Assembly (NCBI RefSeq): GCF_006345805.1
Contig: NC_043009.1
Coordinates: 69,998,001-70,062,000 of the forward strand
Direction of reading: 5' to 3'
From: Octopus sinensis
Taxonomy: Eukaryota
DNA: 64,000 bases
How positions within the stretch are numbered: position 1 is the stretch's first letter; every line of letters starts with the position of its first letter. Both the position numbers and the translations under genes were made by a program. This document shows, piece after piece, positions 13,667 to 26,072 of the stretch. Below the pieces are notes generated by a model. That model was not told the origin of the DNA. It searched no databases and was given only the letters and a program-made list of their open reading frames with translations.

Positions 13667-14162
13667 TTGAAAGCATTCCTTACTACCATATTACATATTC
13701 TTCGTTATCATAGATGTCACTGCTGTTGTTTAACGTTGGGTCATTTCCAAGGAAATAGCTTTAGCATTTGCACTCGATGACCCAATTTTGGATCGGTGTC
13801 GTGCGATATGACTGGTACTCATCTTCTCTGTCTTCATATTTCTTGGTTTAATACTTTAATCATGTTATCAGGTGATATTGTTCTGCTGATCTTGTGGCCC
13901 TATCTTTCACACTTACGCAAAACCTGTCAAGCTATACATCTGGTCATTATCAAAAGAAATTACACAGGCCTAGGAAATAATGCAAGGATGGTGCGAATGT
14001 TTGTGAGTAATTTACCGTTTTTGGCACCAACGGAACCAGAATTGTCGTTGCTGTTTGCTCAGACTAGATTTGTTATGAAGTACTGGGACCTGTCATCGTC
14101 AAAAGTATTCTCACCGTAACCAACGTAATTTTCCTTAAACAGCGCCCTGCATTTCTTTCTAG

Positions 14163-14627
14163 ACGTGGATATACTGTAGAAAACCACAGAACTGCAGTAT
14201 TCGTCTCGAGAAAATATTTATTTTAAACATATAGTGCAAAAAGCGTAGTCTCATCAGCAGACAGAAAAGAGCCTGTTAGCGGTGGAGGAATTGCTAAATC
14301 TAGATTTCTGCTTCTCTGAGGGCCATCTTCACCGAAAGCGAATATTTATCAAGCTTATCAGCCCATTGAGACACCAATAATCTGTTAATCACTATTTTTT
14401 ACACCAGCAGAGGCTAATTTTTTGTATGCATGAGGTTGTTAGTGGATCCTTGCTATTGACGACGTTCAAAGAACCAGAAATGTAGATTTAGCAATCCCAA
14501 CACTGCTGCAGGATACGTTTCGTCTGCTATTCATATAATTCTGTGCTTTTTAGCACTCTACTCCTTTACAAGATGAATCTTCGGGACGAATACCGCAGTC
14601 TTATGGCTTTCTGTTCTATATCCATGT
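14163..14627. repeat. Decayed fold-back inverted repeat (about 160-bp arms, about 130-bp spacer)
   Basis: GTGGATATA..CTGCAGTATTCGTCTCGA pairs with TCGGGACGAATACCGCAG..TATATCCAT. ATTGCTAAATCTAGATTTCTG pairs with CAGAAATGTAGATTTAGCAAT. Confidence 0.8.
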
Positions 14628-15177
14628 TAAGTAAAGTATACAAAATGCGATTTTAAATTAATTATGTATGTCAGGAACCAGGGACCACATTCCCCATTTT
14701 TTCCCCTTTTTCCGGAGATACTAGAATGAAATTTGAGATACCTTCGCTGCTATTTCAAGCAAGCCGAGCGACCGAGTAGAGGTTGTGTGTAAGACGAAAT
14801 GAGGAACTGTGAAGTTGCTTCCCAACGGGATTTGAACTCAAGACGTCAAGAAACTATCACGAAAAATTTAATACCACGTTTTATTATCTTACAGTTCTTA
14901 ACTATCAACTATCATTGACAACAATAACAACAGTAAGATCAACAACTGGATCGCCATTGCTGCTACCACAACTCATATCATCCTACCACCACCACTTCCA
15001 CCACCACCACCATCACCACCGCCACCGCCATCACCACCGTCACCACCACTAAACATATTGAAAATTCAAAAGTCTTCTTAGTTTGTAAACATTGACGTGT
15101 TTGTTAGCCATATCTTCATATCTATACTTGATACGTGTGTGTGTGCGCGCGTGTGTGTGTGTGTGTGTGTGTGTGGT

Positions 15178-15246
<69 letters not shown>

Positions 15247-15753
15247 TTGTATGTGTGTGTGTGTTGCGTGTTTATAAAATTTCTAGCATCGCGGTGCCAC
15301 AACTCTGAGGAATGCAGTCATCAGATTAAACTTACTTTCCGTTATTTTATTTTCTTCTTTTCCTAGGGTTTTCCTTTTCTTTTCTTTTGCTGCAACAAAC
15401 TTAAGACTCATGTCACTGCCAAAATTTGCCAATTTTTTTATTTTTTATTTATCTTCATGTTATCTCTCCCTTTTTTAATATGCCAAAAACTGTAACATTG
15501 CCTGCATACACTGATAGACATTAAAGGCAGATTTGTATCCTAAGACATAGGAAGCAGTTTCACAGTTGTTATTCTTGGACTGAGCCGTGTCTTACAGATT
15601 CTGTTTTCGCCAGAGACAAATTTGGTAGATTTAGCGATAGATTCCAGCTCAATTTTCACTTCTTCAACGAAGGCAACACTAAAGCATGAAATCAAATCTA
15701 TGTCACACTAACTTCCAGTTTATAAATATCTATAATTTTTCCCACCAAACAGA

Positions 15754-15786
<33 letters not shown>

Positions 15787-15892
15787 TACATATATAAGGG
15801 TGTGTATACATGCGCACACAAAAGCAGAGAAACACACACATACACGCCACACACACGTATATATACGAATGTATTAAGAGTATATTTAAGAA

Positions 15893-16212
15893 CTTTATTT
15901 ATTTATTTATGCGCCCTTTCCAAGCCTAGCTAGGCTCATGGGCCCGGTTTCCCGGTTTCTATGGCGTATGTGTTCCCCTCACCTGGACGGGACGCCAGTC
16001 CATCGCAGCATTACTCAAGAAACAGGAAGAAAGAGTGAGAGAAAGTTGAGGCGAAAGAGTGCAACAGGGGGCGCCACCACCCTTTGCCGGAGCCTCGTGG
16101 AGCTTTAGGTGTTTTCGTTCAATAAACACACACAACGCCCGGTCTGGGAATCGAAACCGCGATCCTCCAACCACGAGTCCGTTGCCGTAACTACTGGGCC
16201 ATTGGGCATCCA
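15893..16212 (-). mobile_element. tRNA-derived SINE family E, full length
   Basis: Minus-strand head TGGCCCAGTAGTTACGG...GGTTTCGATTCC (A/B boxes), 3' CTGCGATGGACTGGCGTCCCGTCCAGG and an (ATAA)n tail. Probable TSD ATATTTAAGAA (15882) / ATATTTACGAA (16213). Confidence 0.85.
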
Positions 16213-16431
16213 ATATTTACGAATACATTTACACATTTCTTCCTTCCTTGTTTAAACCAGTTAAGAATAAACTTTGCCACAATGACTGCCATTAGCATCG
16301 CGAACGCACAGATGCTTTCTTGTTACTTCCTTCCAGATGGATCTTAAAGGATCTTTGATCAAATGCATTCAAAGAGAGAAACGCTTTATTTTATTTAATG
16401 TAGGACGATAAATAATATTAATCACCGTACC

Positions 16432-16665
16432 TATTTCTTTACTGCCCACAAGGGACTAAACACAGATGCGACAAACAAGGACAGACAAACGGATTAAGTC
16501 GATTACATCGACCCCAGTGCGTAACTTAATTATCGTAAGTTAATTTATCGACCCCGAAAGGCAAAGTCGACCTCGGCGGAATTTGAACTCAGAACGTAAC
16601 GGCAGACGAAATACTGCTAAGCATTTCGCCCGGCGTGCTAACAATTCTGCCAGCTCGCCGCCTTG
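16432..16665 (-). mobile_element. SINE family A, full length with TSD
   Basis: Complete reverse complement of the family A sequence. 17-bp TSD ATATTAATCACCGTACC (16415) / ATATTAATCAACGTACC (16666). Confidence 0.92.
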
Positions 16666-17225
16666 ATATTAATCAACGTACCGAGGCATACATGATCCAA
16701 ATAAGGAGTTTGCTGTTGCCTTTAGCAGGCTGAGTGACATTGCTGGAAATACCTCGCTGGCGCTTATCTCTGGAACCTTAAAAGTTGGTGAAAGTGAATT
16801 CATAGATGAAAGAGCTGCGTCAATGAAGTTGTAGGAGGCCATAAAAATGGTGTCTCGAAAGTCGACATTCCACTTGACTGTACTTTTAAATAAATAAATA
16901 AATAAATAAATAGATAAGTAAATAAAAGTAAACGTCCCGAAAACTCATCGCCGCTTTTGACCTTTTCCAACAACTTCACTTCCGGAGTCACTTGAAGTTC
17001 ACATTTACTCGTGATGTGTGACGTCCGAAATAGATGTTTAAAGAGGGCTTGGCTTTTTGGGTTTCGAATGTACTATTTTGTGTGTGTGTGTGTGTGTGTG
17101 TGCGTGCGTGCGTGAATGCATGTACACACACATGCATACACACAAATATGTATTTAGGGTAGATAGATATGCATAGATTTATGGATGTATGCATGCAGAT
17201 GCACAGATATATCAAACGCTTTCCG

Positions 17226-17264
<39 letters not shown>

Positions 17265-18895
17265 CTTTATGGTAAATAGGTTTTCGGCGATAGCCGGCCA
17301 CGTGCCAAAAGTTATAACACGTGAGAAAGAGGACAATGAATAAAGAGAGAGAGAAAGAGAAGGGGAGAGAGAGAGGGAGAGAGAGAGAGGGAGAGAGAGA
17401 GAGAGAGAGAGGCAGAGAGAGAGAGATAAGCAAATGTGTGACGGCATTTCTTTTGTGTCCCTCAAATAAGCGAGAATAATGAAATTTATGTTTTCGGCTC
17501 AGCTGTAATTCAGAGATCTCCTCATACCCGCTCCCCCACCCATTTTGATGATGATGAACAACAGTGACACCAACATCTACAACAGCCACCAGCACAACAA
17601 AGATACTTCTTTCTTTCTTTCTTTCCTTCCCACTTCTGTCACTCTTTCTCTCTCTCTCTCTCTCTCTCCCTCTTTCCTCCTTGCTCTCTTTCACATCAAA
17701 CATCATTTTCATTTCACTCTTCAAGTTCGGCTGTCATCTGTTGATCACATTTCATAACAAGCATGAGGTTTGGGATTTGAATTGAAAACAATCACACACA
17801 CACACATAAACACACATACACACACACACACACACATTCTCAGACCCGCAAGCGTATTCTTCATGAGGGAAAGTCCGAGTCAGTCAAGAAATTTTCATGT
17901 TGTCCGTCACATCAAAAGAAGCAAACACACATTCAATTCAACGTAGACTCATTATGATTTACTTTGTTGTGCAAAAATGCAAATTAATAAATAATAAATT
18001 GTCAAAAGCAGCACAGGATGCAAATTTGACTATGCACTAATCTGCTAGTCTAATCTGCGACTACTTTATAAACAGTTGGACTGGGTTATTGATTGGTGGA
18101 GTAAACCGGGTACGACTTCTCGTAAAAGTGGTCAACAAACAGTAAAACGGTCCGACAGGAGACTCTCTCCTTTCGAAATAGTTTCTGCTCAAGTAAATAC
18201 TATTTTCTGTTGATTTATTATGTGTGTGTATGTATGCGCACGCATGTTTGTGTGTATAGCGTGTCTATGTATGCGCGCACATAATTGTGTGTATATGTGT
18301 GTAGACACACGAGCACGTATGTTTTATTTGACGGAAAGAATAAAAGGCAACATATTCTCTCTCTCTCTCTCTCTCTCTTTCACATACACACACTAGAAAC
18401 TCACCCCTATATACCAGCAACTGATTTTAGTGACCTTTAACTCGCAACCTTAGGTAATCTCCTTAAATGTGAGTGTAATTACAGAACCGGGTGGGCTGCT
18501 TGCAAACGGTTGTTATTACCCGTCACATCTTACCTGTTACTACGTGTTGCCAACTTTTGTATGTGACCCCTAACACACCACGTGACTGCTGCAACTGCTG
18601 TTCCTTTCTATTGAGCATATCAAGACTGTTGCCGTTTGCATTTCAGGCATTGTGCCTCCAATGGAAAGGATAAGATAAGTGCCAGTGGAGCACTGGGGCC
18701 AGTGTAATCGAGTGGCTCCCTCCAGCTCACAAAGGTTCAGGCCTTGTGCCCATAGTGTAAAGGATTATGTAAGGCGGAGCATTTAATTGTGTAGAACAAC
18801 ACTTACCCAAATCGAGAAAGATTTCCAGCAGTCCAATTTTCATTGTTAATTAGTGACTTACTAAAGTGCCCGTTGTGCTTTTTTCTGCGGAATTT

Positions 18896-19091
18896 TGTGG
18901 AATTTTGACTAAGAAGATATTGTTCTACAAAAGTCAGAAGCGCCATTAACGGAGACATCAAATCATATTTCATTATGTTTTTATTCATAAAGATCTTTAT
19001 GAATAGAAACATAATGAAATATGATTTGATGTCTCCGTTAATGGCGCTTCTGACTTTTGTAGAACAATATCTTCTTAGTCAAAATTCCACA
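18896..19091. repeat. 196-bp spacerless palindrome (98-bp arms, one mismatch)
   Basis: Centred on AGATCT (18991-18996). The only mismatch found is T18981/G19006. ORFs 18803- and 18975+ share almost the same N-terminal peptide for this reason. Confidence 0.97.
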
Positions 19092-19234
19092 CAATTTGTG
19101 CGAGGGACCTCTAGTATATTGGTATCAGAAAATAGAAGACCGCCCTTGTCTTTCTGTCGGGTTAGAATATGGGATTGTTGAAACTAAAATATATTTTGAA
19201 TCAACGCTTTCCCTGTCAGTTAGCACGAGGCAAT

Positions 19235-19390
19235 GGAGGGGCATATACATAAGCAGCTAACATGCTAGAAACAGCAGTAACACCTCACTTGACTCGCACA
19301 TCTTATTTCAGAGGTTATTGAACAGGGAAAAAAGACGGTAAGGTCACGGCTGGATTGCTTGATATAAGATCTGTTTAAAGTGGGCTCACA
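19235..19390 (-). mobile_element. Old unclassified dispersed repeat, family F
   Basis: ATGCTAGAAACAGCAG is the reverse complement of the family motif GCTGCTATTTCTAGCA. Related copies lie near 1940, 7585, 14745, 22930, 26410, 39700, 43690, 55415 and 58380. Confidence 0.55.
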
Positions 19391-19473
19391 TTGAACTATA
19401 AAGGACAACAAATTTCTTAATTTTCAAATTATAATGAATGAAACTATTGTATGTGCATGTGTATATCTGTGTG

Positions 19474-19516
<43 letters not shown>

Positions 19517-19834
19517 TGTGTTGTGTGTGTGTGTGTGTGTGTTTGTGTGTGTGTGCGCGCGCATGCATGTCTGTAAGTATGTCTAGGAAAGACAGAGAGA
19601 TAGACAATTTGCATATGCTTCTGAAATTGAGATAAGCCAACGATTTTCATCGACGTCAGTGGTAAAGTTTGCTGCAATAGCTTCGTACTTAAAGAAAGTA
19701 TAGGAAAAACAGCGGAGTTAATCAAACGGTATCTAGAAGTCCATCAAATGTAACATTTATCATTTATCAACCGTAATATTTGTAGATGAGATCACATTCT
19801 AAGCGGCGAGTGAAAACAATACAATAAATCAATG

Positions 19835-20010
19835 ATAGGGCGGTGAACGGATGAAACGGTCAGCGCGTAAGACAAAACAATATGGCATTTGTTGGGAATG
19901 CTTATATTCTGAATTCGAATCAAACTAAAGTCAAATTTAACCTTCATTCTTCTCGGGTCGAAGAAATAGAATATCACATAAATTTTGTGTCGACCCCGTG
20001 CTGCCCCTCC
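19835..20010 (+). mobile_element. SINE family A, highly degraded
   Basis: GGCGGTGAACGGATGAAACGGTCAGCGCG head and CCTTCATTCTTCTCGGGTCGA core. Confidence 0.6.
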
Positions 20011-20539
20011 CCTGAATCAGCTGCGCTATGGGGCATGAGACACCACTTAGAGTAACATTTTCTTCCAAATATAACCAATGTATCACAGAAGAAAAATGAA
20101 CATCATGAACGATGCTCTACCAGAACATGGTTCATGATGTTAAGACTGGTGCTAAAATCAATGATAATATATATTTATACATATACAAGCGAGTGCACAA
20201 ACACGCACACCCATGCACACATACACATAAACACACACACACACACGCATTCTTTTATTGAAGCTGAAAAAACTTCACAAACCTAGTTTCACTCATCAGT
20301 TACAAATGAAACTCGGAAACAATGATTTACAAGTGTTCATAACAGAGATAATTATTTAGTGAATTATCAAGTAAACATTTAAAATTTATTGGACAGTGAG
20401 TTATGTCGTTTTAAAATGAATGGCATCTTTAGGCCAATAAAATTTAGGCCAGAAAACACTAAATAAAAGGAAGTGAATTACGTTGCATTGTTTGAGGGAA
20501 ACAGTTCTAAAATCTGCACCAGTGGAAGCATTCCAAGCA

Positions 20540-20924
20540 AAAATCGTTGCGCTTTCTGAAACTCGTCTCTCTGGTGAGGGTCAAGTAAATGAACCTACTT
20601 ATGGATATACTATCTTTTGGAGAAGCCTACCTAAGGGTCAGCGTAGAGAATCTGGTTCTGGTGTTAGGTTTGCTCTCACGAATACATTAGTATCCTCCAT
20701 TGCAGAACTTCCAAGTGGTTTATCTGAATGGATCATGTCATGCCATATTAAACTGAAAAAAGGTAGATTTCCTACCGTTGTCAGTATTTATGCATCAACA
20801 ATGTCCCATTCTGATGAAACTGTAGAAACAGTTTTATGATGATCTAGCACAATTATTGAGGTAAGTACCAAATTCTGACAAGCTGGTCATATTGGGAGAT
20901 TTCAATGCAAGAGTTGGAAAGGAT
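20540..20924 (+). mobile_element. RTE-clade LINE AP-endonuclease fragment (disabled)
   Basis: IVALSETRLSGEGQ..GYTIFW..VVSIYA..KLVILGDFNARVGKD are APE domain motifs, interrupted by a frameshift and stops. Confidence 0.88.
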
Positions 20925-20976
20925 TCGAACTCACAACCTCGCGATCGTAAGCTTGACGCTCTAACCACTGAGCCAT
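20921..20976 (-). mobile_element. tRNA-like head of SINE family D
   Basis: Minus strand ATGGCTCAGTGGTTAGAGCGTCAAGCTTACGATCGCGAGGTTGTGAGTTCGAATCC is nearly identical to 62663-62718. Confidence 0.85.
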
Positions 20977-21312
20977 CGACTTCATGCAGAAACGTACGTA
21001 GGCGAAAAGAAATTGACTATTATATAAATATATATATTTTTTCAGAGTTCAAACTCTCCATTTTCCTTATATTATATGATTAAAATTCTGTTCTAAATCG
21101 AACGGATGAAAACATCCATAACGAGTCCTGGAAGCTCGTAAATGTTAATACTAATACTAACACAAATTAATGAATTTCAAGAATATTACTTGATATAGAG
21201 TTAAAACGGTGTATGCCTGGCTAAAATACATCCCTGTGAAAAAGCAACCTCTTTCCATTCGAAAATATGTGTGTGTGTGTGTATGTGTATTTGTGTGTGT
21301 GTGTGTGTGTGT

Positions 21313-21515
21313 GGTCAATTCAAATAAGCAATCATTTCAGAAACACGAATAATTAAATTAATTGACAACAACAGGACGTACACAAGGACTGTATTAGTTT
21401 GAAGATCGGTGAAAAGAGAGAGGTTGACGTTTCGAGCATTGCTCTTCGTCGGAAAGGAGAATTGGAAAAGCCTAAAGAACTAAAAGAAATCGCCAACAGC
21501 ACGTGTGTGGTTACA
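21313..21515 (-). mobile_element. Hammerhead-motif dispersed element (family C), older copy
   Basis: Homologous to 61219-61421. Minus strand CCGACGAA-GAGC-AAT-GCTC-GAAACGTC at about 21426-21452. Confidence 0.65.
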
Positions 21516-21688
21516 TAAGTATGTGTATACGCTTGTGCATGTGTGTGTGCGTGAGCACGCACGAGCGTTGTGTGTGCATTGTAATGCCGAACAATAATGA
21601 CATTATATGCACATTTCCTAGAATGAAAATGAGCGGTGATACTTCGCGATTACTTCCAACAAGATTATATATATATATATGCATCACA

Positions 21689-21731
<43 letters not shown>

Positions 21732-22049
21732 TTTATATATATCTGCATCACAATTTTAGCCTCATAAAAATGGCGATTTAGTTGCGGTCGATACTCCTAC
21801 CTGAACATTTGAAATGCAAATGCCTGCAGCCAAAACATGGACATAAGGAAAACCAGGAGATTGGTTACAATCAGAGCAAATTTATTTATCAAAGCTGATG
21901 AAATGTAGAATCGTTTTCGTGTTCGATAAATGGTTTGGGATAAATGAAAAATACACACAGTTATTATCCAAATGATTCGTCTACCAAAAGAATTTCTTGA
22001 ACAGGTTTTACAATCACAAATGTTTGTTATTCCATATGAAACGACAAGA

Positions 22050-22560
22050 AAAGAAATATCCCAGCGGCTTTTAAGACAGGCTGTTACAAGTCAGGCGATA
22101 TTCGAAGAGTCTATATGCCTCGTGAGACTATGGTTCTGCTCCTGCAACTTTCCTCTTCGAACAAGTTTTGGAGTAAGGTCTTTTTCAAGGAAGCCTAGTA
22201 GTTACCTATTCTTGTAAGATCCCTTTAACCACTCCATAAATGTCCATCAAATGGTAGATGAAAAAACAACCCGATGTAGCCTAGGACTAGTGTTGTCTGC
22301 AGACGTTGCCGCCAGAACTTAGAGTCAGGAATTATACCTCTTGACACGTTCTTTGACAACTCATTGCAATACATTGAGAATTTACTTAGTGACATCGAGT
22401 AAATGTATGGCAAAGTTGGTCTGAGAGGAGAGAGCCAGAACAAATATCGCAAGGGATTTTTTTGAACCTCTGATAATTTTGCCTTTAATCTCAACAAGAC
22501 CAAAGATTTTCAGACAGGTGCTGCGCAAACATCATTGCCTAATACTGAACAGTAGACAGA
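22050..22560 (-). mobile_element. Very degraded L1/Tx1-like RT fragment
   Basis: Minus strand gives an LSPL..LPY motif followed by TSADNT (a decayed YADD-like motif). Weak evidence. Confidence 0.35.
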
Positions 22561-22843
22561 AGAGCAACTAGAAATAGAATACCGAAAAAAATAGAGGAGT
22601 GTTATTAAAGGTAGACTTTGGTGATCTATCAGACTGACTTACTCCAATTAGATATAGCATGCCAGTAAATAAATTATAGATTGAACATAATTCAGTATTT
22701 CATTTGTTTTTACCATTCCAGCTAAAACCATGTTGAAGCCCCGCTAAAATACTAGCAGAGCATCGATGTAGAACTAAAGAATTTTGAAATATTTTATAAG
22801 ACAAACTCAAGTTATTTTAAGTTACAGAGTAGCCTTCAAACAG

Positions 22844-22972
22844 CTGGATCATAATCCAAGCCATTCAGTCGAAGTCATCTTGTCCTATGATGTCTAGAAA
22901 TACGAAAGTATGTGTGATTTGAGGGAGATATATTTTCTATTTCTAGCAAGTCAAGCGACTACGTAGAGGTCC
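22844..22972 (+). mobile_element. Family F dispersed repeat
   Basis: GTGTGATTTGAGGGAGAT...CTATTTCTAGCAAGTCAAGCGACTACGTAGAGG. Confidence 0.65.
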
Positions 22973-24019
22973 ACTCAAAAACTTTCTTTGGAATAGCAAA
23001 ACGTTGCAAAAGCGAAAAACTATAAAACAGAAAAATTATCCGAATCACTCGTCTGTTTTATTGCACTGCTACTGTTTATGATGTTAAATAATACGGGTTT
23101 CTATGGCAACAGGCTCCACGAAGAAGCGACGACAGGCAGCCAATCTGGATTTCATGTCCAGGACGATATTCGTTAAATAATCCTCGTTCTCCTAAAATAC
23201 AGACTGATGCGTAAATACGCGTTGGCATCCTTGAAAGCATCAAATTCTTTCTACCAATCAATATGACTGTAATGGAATTAGACGAAGGAAAAAATGCCGA
23301 ACTTATCAATTCCAATAATATGTTCCGTAAGTTAGCACTGGTAATTAGGGTTGATATGGATGCATTCGAAATGGAAATGGAAGACATGTGACTTTCGTCT
23401 GTATCTCAAATTTTCGGCAGGAATTTAATATCTGCAGAGATTGGCTCTTCAGCTGTTCTTGATAGAAGCACTACTTAACTACGTATTGTGTCCCTGTTGT
23501 TAATTTGTCTTGAAGAGAATATATATTTAAGGCAGCATGTACAAAATATGTCGTAAAGAAAACAAGCCGTAAACAACCCGAACGAGAATGCAATAAATGT
23601 AGACAACAAGAATACAAAATAACTCTAATAACAGAAAGCAAGATGGCCGTAGATGGTGAGTGACAGGCAAGGGAGTTAAGTGCGTTGTATGAGATTATAA
23701 CGGATAATTACGTTTGTGAAAGAGGAGTTCTACAGAATTGTGTCGGATGCTGAAGCTGAAGGTCTTCGTTGAATCTAGCGTTGATAGCCTTCCGAAGATT
23801 AAGAGTAAGGAGAGAAAAGAATAATAGGAATTTAGCATTGAATAAGTTTTAAAAGCATAATGGTGAGAGTGGGTTCCACGAATTGATGTATACATTGGTT
23901 GAGTATTCCAGAGATATGTGTGTCTTAATGCAATTGTTAAGAAGAATAAGCGTGAAACGGTGAGGGACAAAGCTGAACGTTATCTAAGTATAGAAACAAT
24001 ACACAGTAAGGGATTCAGT

Positions 24020-24165
24020 ACAGTTTCTATTGACCCAGTTTCACTGATAAATTACGGCCCGATTCGGGGTTTAGAAAAGGATAAGGGCCCAAGATTCCAG
24101 CGTGTGGGATCGCAAGTGGGACCTCGCGATTGGGTAACGAGCTTCTTAAAACCTGGCCATGCTGT
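24020..24165 (-). mobile_element. SINE family B-related head, highly degraded
   Basis: GGCCCGATTCGGGG..GCCCAAGATTCCAGCGTGTGGGATCG..GCTTCTTAAAACCTGGCCATGC parallels the minus-strand family B head. Confidence 0.5.
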
Positions 24166-24867
24166 AGCTACGGAATAAAGAGTAACATAATCCTGTACAT
24201 ATATTTATATAATTATAGCCATATGTGTATATGCAGATGCCACACACACACGTCCTCCATGTAAGTGTGTGTAAATATGTAAGATACTATTGAGGCGTTG
24301 TGTGTGTTCTTGTGTGTGTGTGTGTCTGCGTATCTTTTTAGTTAACCAATGACTGGTTTGCTGAATCCGTATTGAATGCAGTTTAAGAACTATTAATTTA
24401 TTTTCTACTGATTTAAGCACTAAATTTGTAATATTATTATGTATAGTTATGACAAGCAAATAAACAATGGTTCGATTCCCAGGTGGTTCCGAATTTGGTT
24501 TTCCTATTGAATTTTTATAACTCCATGTAAAGATATTGCTGTGAATATGTGAATAATATTCATTTACCTATTTATTATTTTTTTTTTGCTTTACTTGCGA
24601 CGGTTGTATAAAAACAATGGCGAAAAATGACATGAAAATTGTCAGAACAACGTGTAATGTATTTAATATTCCGTTCTACATGGAAGCCCCACCCACCCAC
24701 CCACCACGCTCTTTTTGGCTAACATCGCTTTTGAATCAGAATTTTTGTCATATCAATTTTTATACCCGCACTTACACCCCGCGCTCTCCCACTCTCTGGA
24801 CAGACACTCACCCCCCACACACACACATATACATGTCTTCGTTTGTGTGTATGTGTGTATATATACG

Positions 24868-24912
<45 letters not shown>

Positions 24913-25371
24913 GTTTTTATGTCTATGCATATATGTACGTATGTATTATCGCTAATTAAATTTAACCTTTTTCTATTTGTTTTCATTTTTTCTTTGCCTT
25001 CCTAGTAAAGTAGCCATTACTGACAAAGCATTAGACCATTTATGTTTCCCATAATTAAATTTCTCACTATTTCCAACGAAAGAGGTAAATCAATAATCAC
25101 ATATCTATTTAATATGTTAGAAAATATTGAAGTCAAAACAAGGAGCATTGTTAGCTGGTTTTAAGTGAAATTTATTGGAACATATCACCAGCGTAGACTT
25201 CCTGTCTATCGTTACATTGTTCGGCTACAACAACTGCTCGCGCTATAATGACAATACAAAGACAAATTAGCGAGAAATCGCTTTTCTCTTTCTTAATATG
25301 ATTCATTGCCTATATTCCTTCAATCTTCTTCTTTTTTTTTTTCGAAACACTTAAACACATAGATAGAGCAA

Positions 25372-25476
<105 letters not shown>

Positions 25477-25951
25477 ATATGTAAATATATACATAGATAT
25501 ATATGTAAATATATACATAGATATATACATACATATATTATGTATCTACGTATATAATCAATGTGTGTATATATGTGTGTGTGTACATATATGGGTATAT
25601 AACTTCGTAAGTATATATGTGGATATGCTTGTACATGTATGTAAATTTTTCGCTTAAGAGAAGCAATGGATACGAATCCGTTGTCACTGCGCCACGCACG
25701 TTCATATATCACGTTCTTCTACGCACATGTATACACACACACACACACACATGAATACGCGTCTAAGTATGCGTGTGTATGTTTTGTATACGTGCCAATG
25801 CATACATGCATGAAGAGTTAGGTAAATTCTAGTAAAGACTACATGCTTCCAGTGTTTGGTTTACTCTGATTTTAGTCGATTGAAGAATATTGCGCACGCA
25901 CACACACATACACAGAAACACACACACACAAACACAGACACACAGATTATA

Positions 25952-25982
<31 letters not shown>

Positions 25983-26036
25983 GTATATATATATATACAC
26001 ACACAAACAGACACACAAACATACACACACAGATTA

Positions 26037-26072
<36 letters not shown>

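Noticed and set aside
13740-14120. Possible very old RTE endonuclease remnant on the minus strand (GYGENT..)
   Set aside because: A single weak motif that cannot be distinguished from chance.
15545-15685. Minus-strand exon-like stretch VAFVEEVKIELESIAKSTKF
   Set aside because: Weak acceptor, no recognisable homology and no partner exons.
23200-23390. Open stretch IRVGILESIKFFLP..MEDM with an internal GTAAGT
   Set aside because: An in-frame stop follows just after the putative acceptor, and the peptide is unrecognised.
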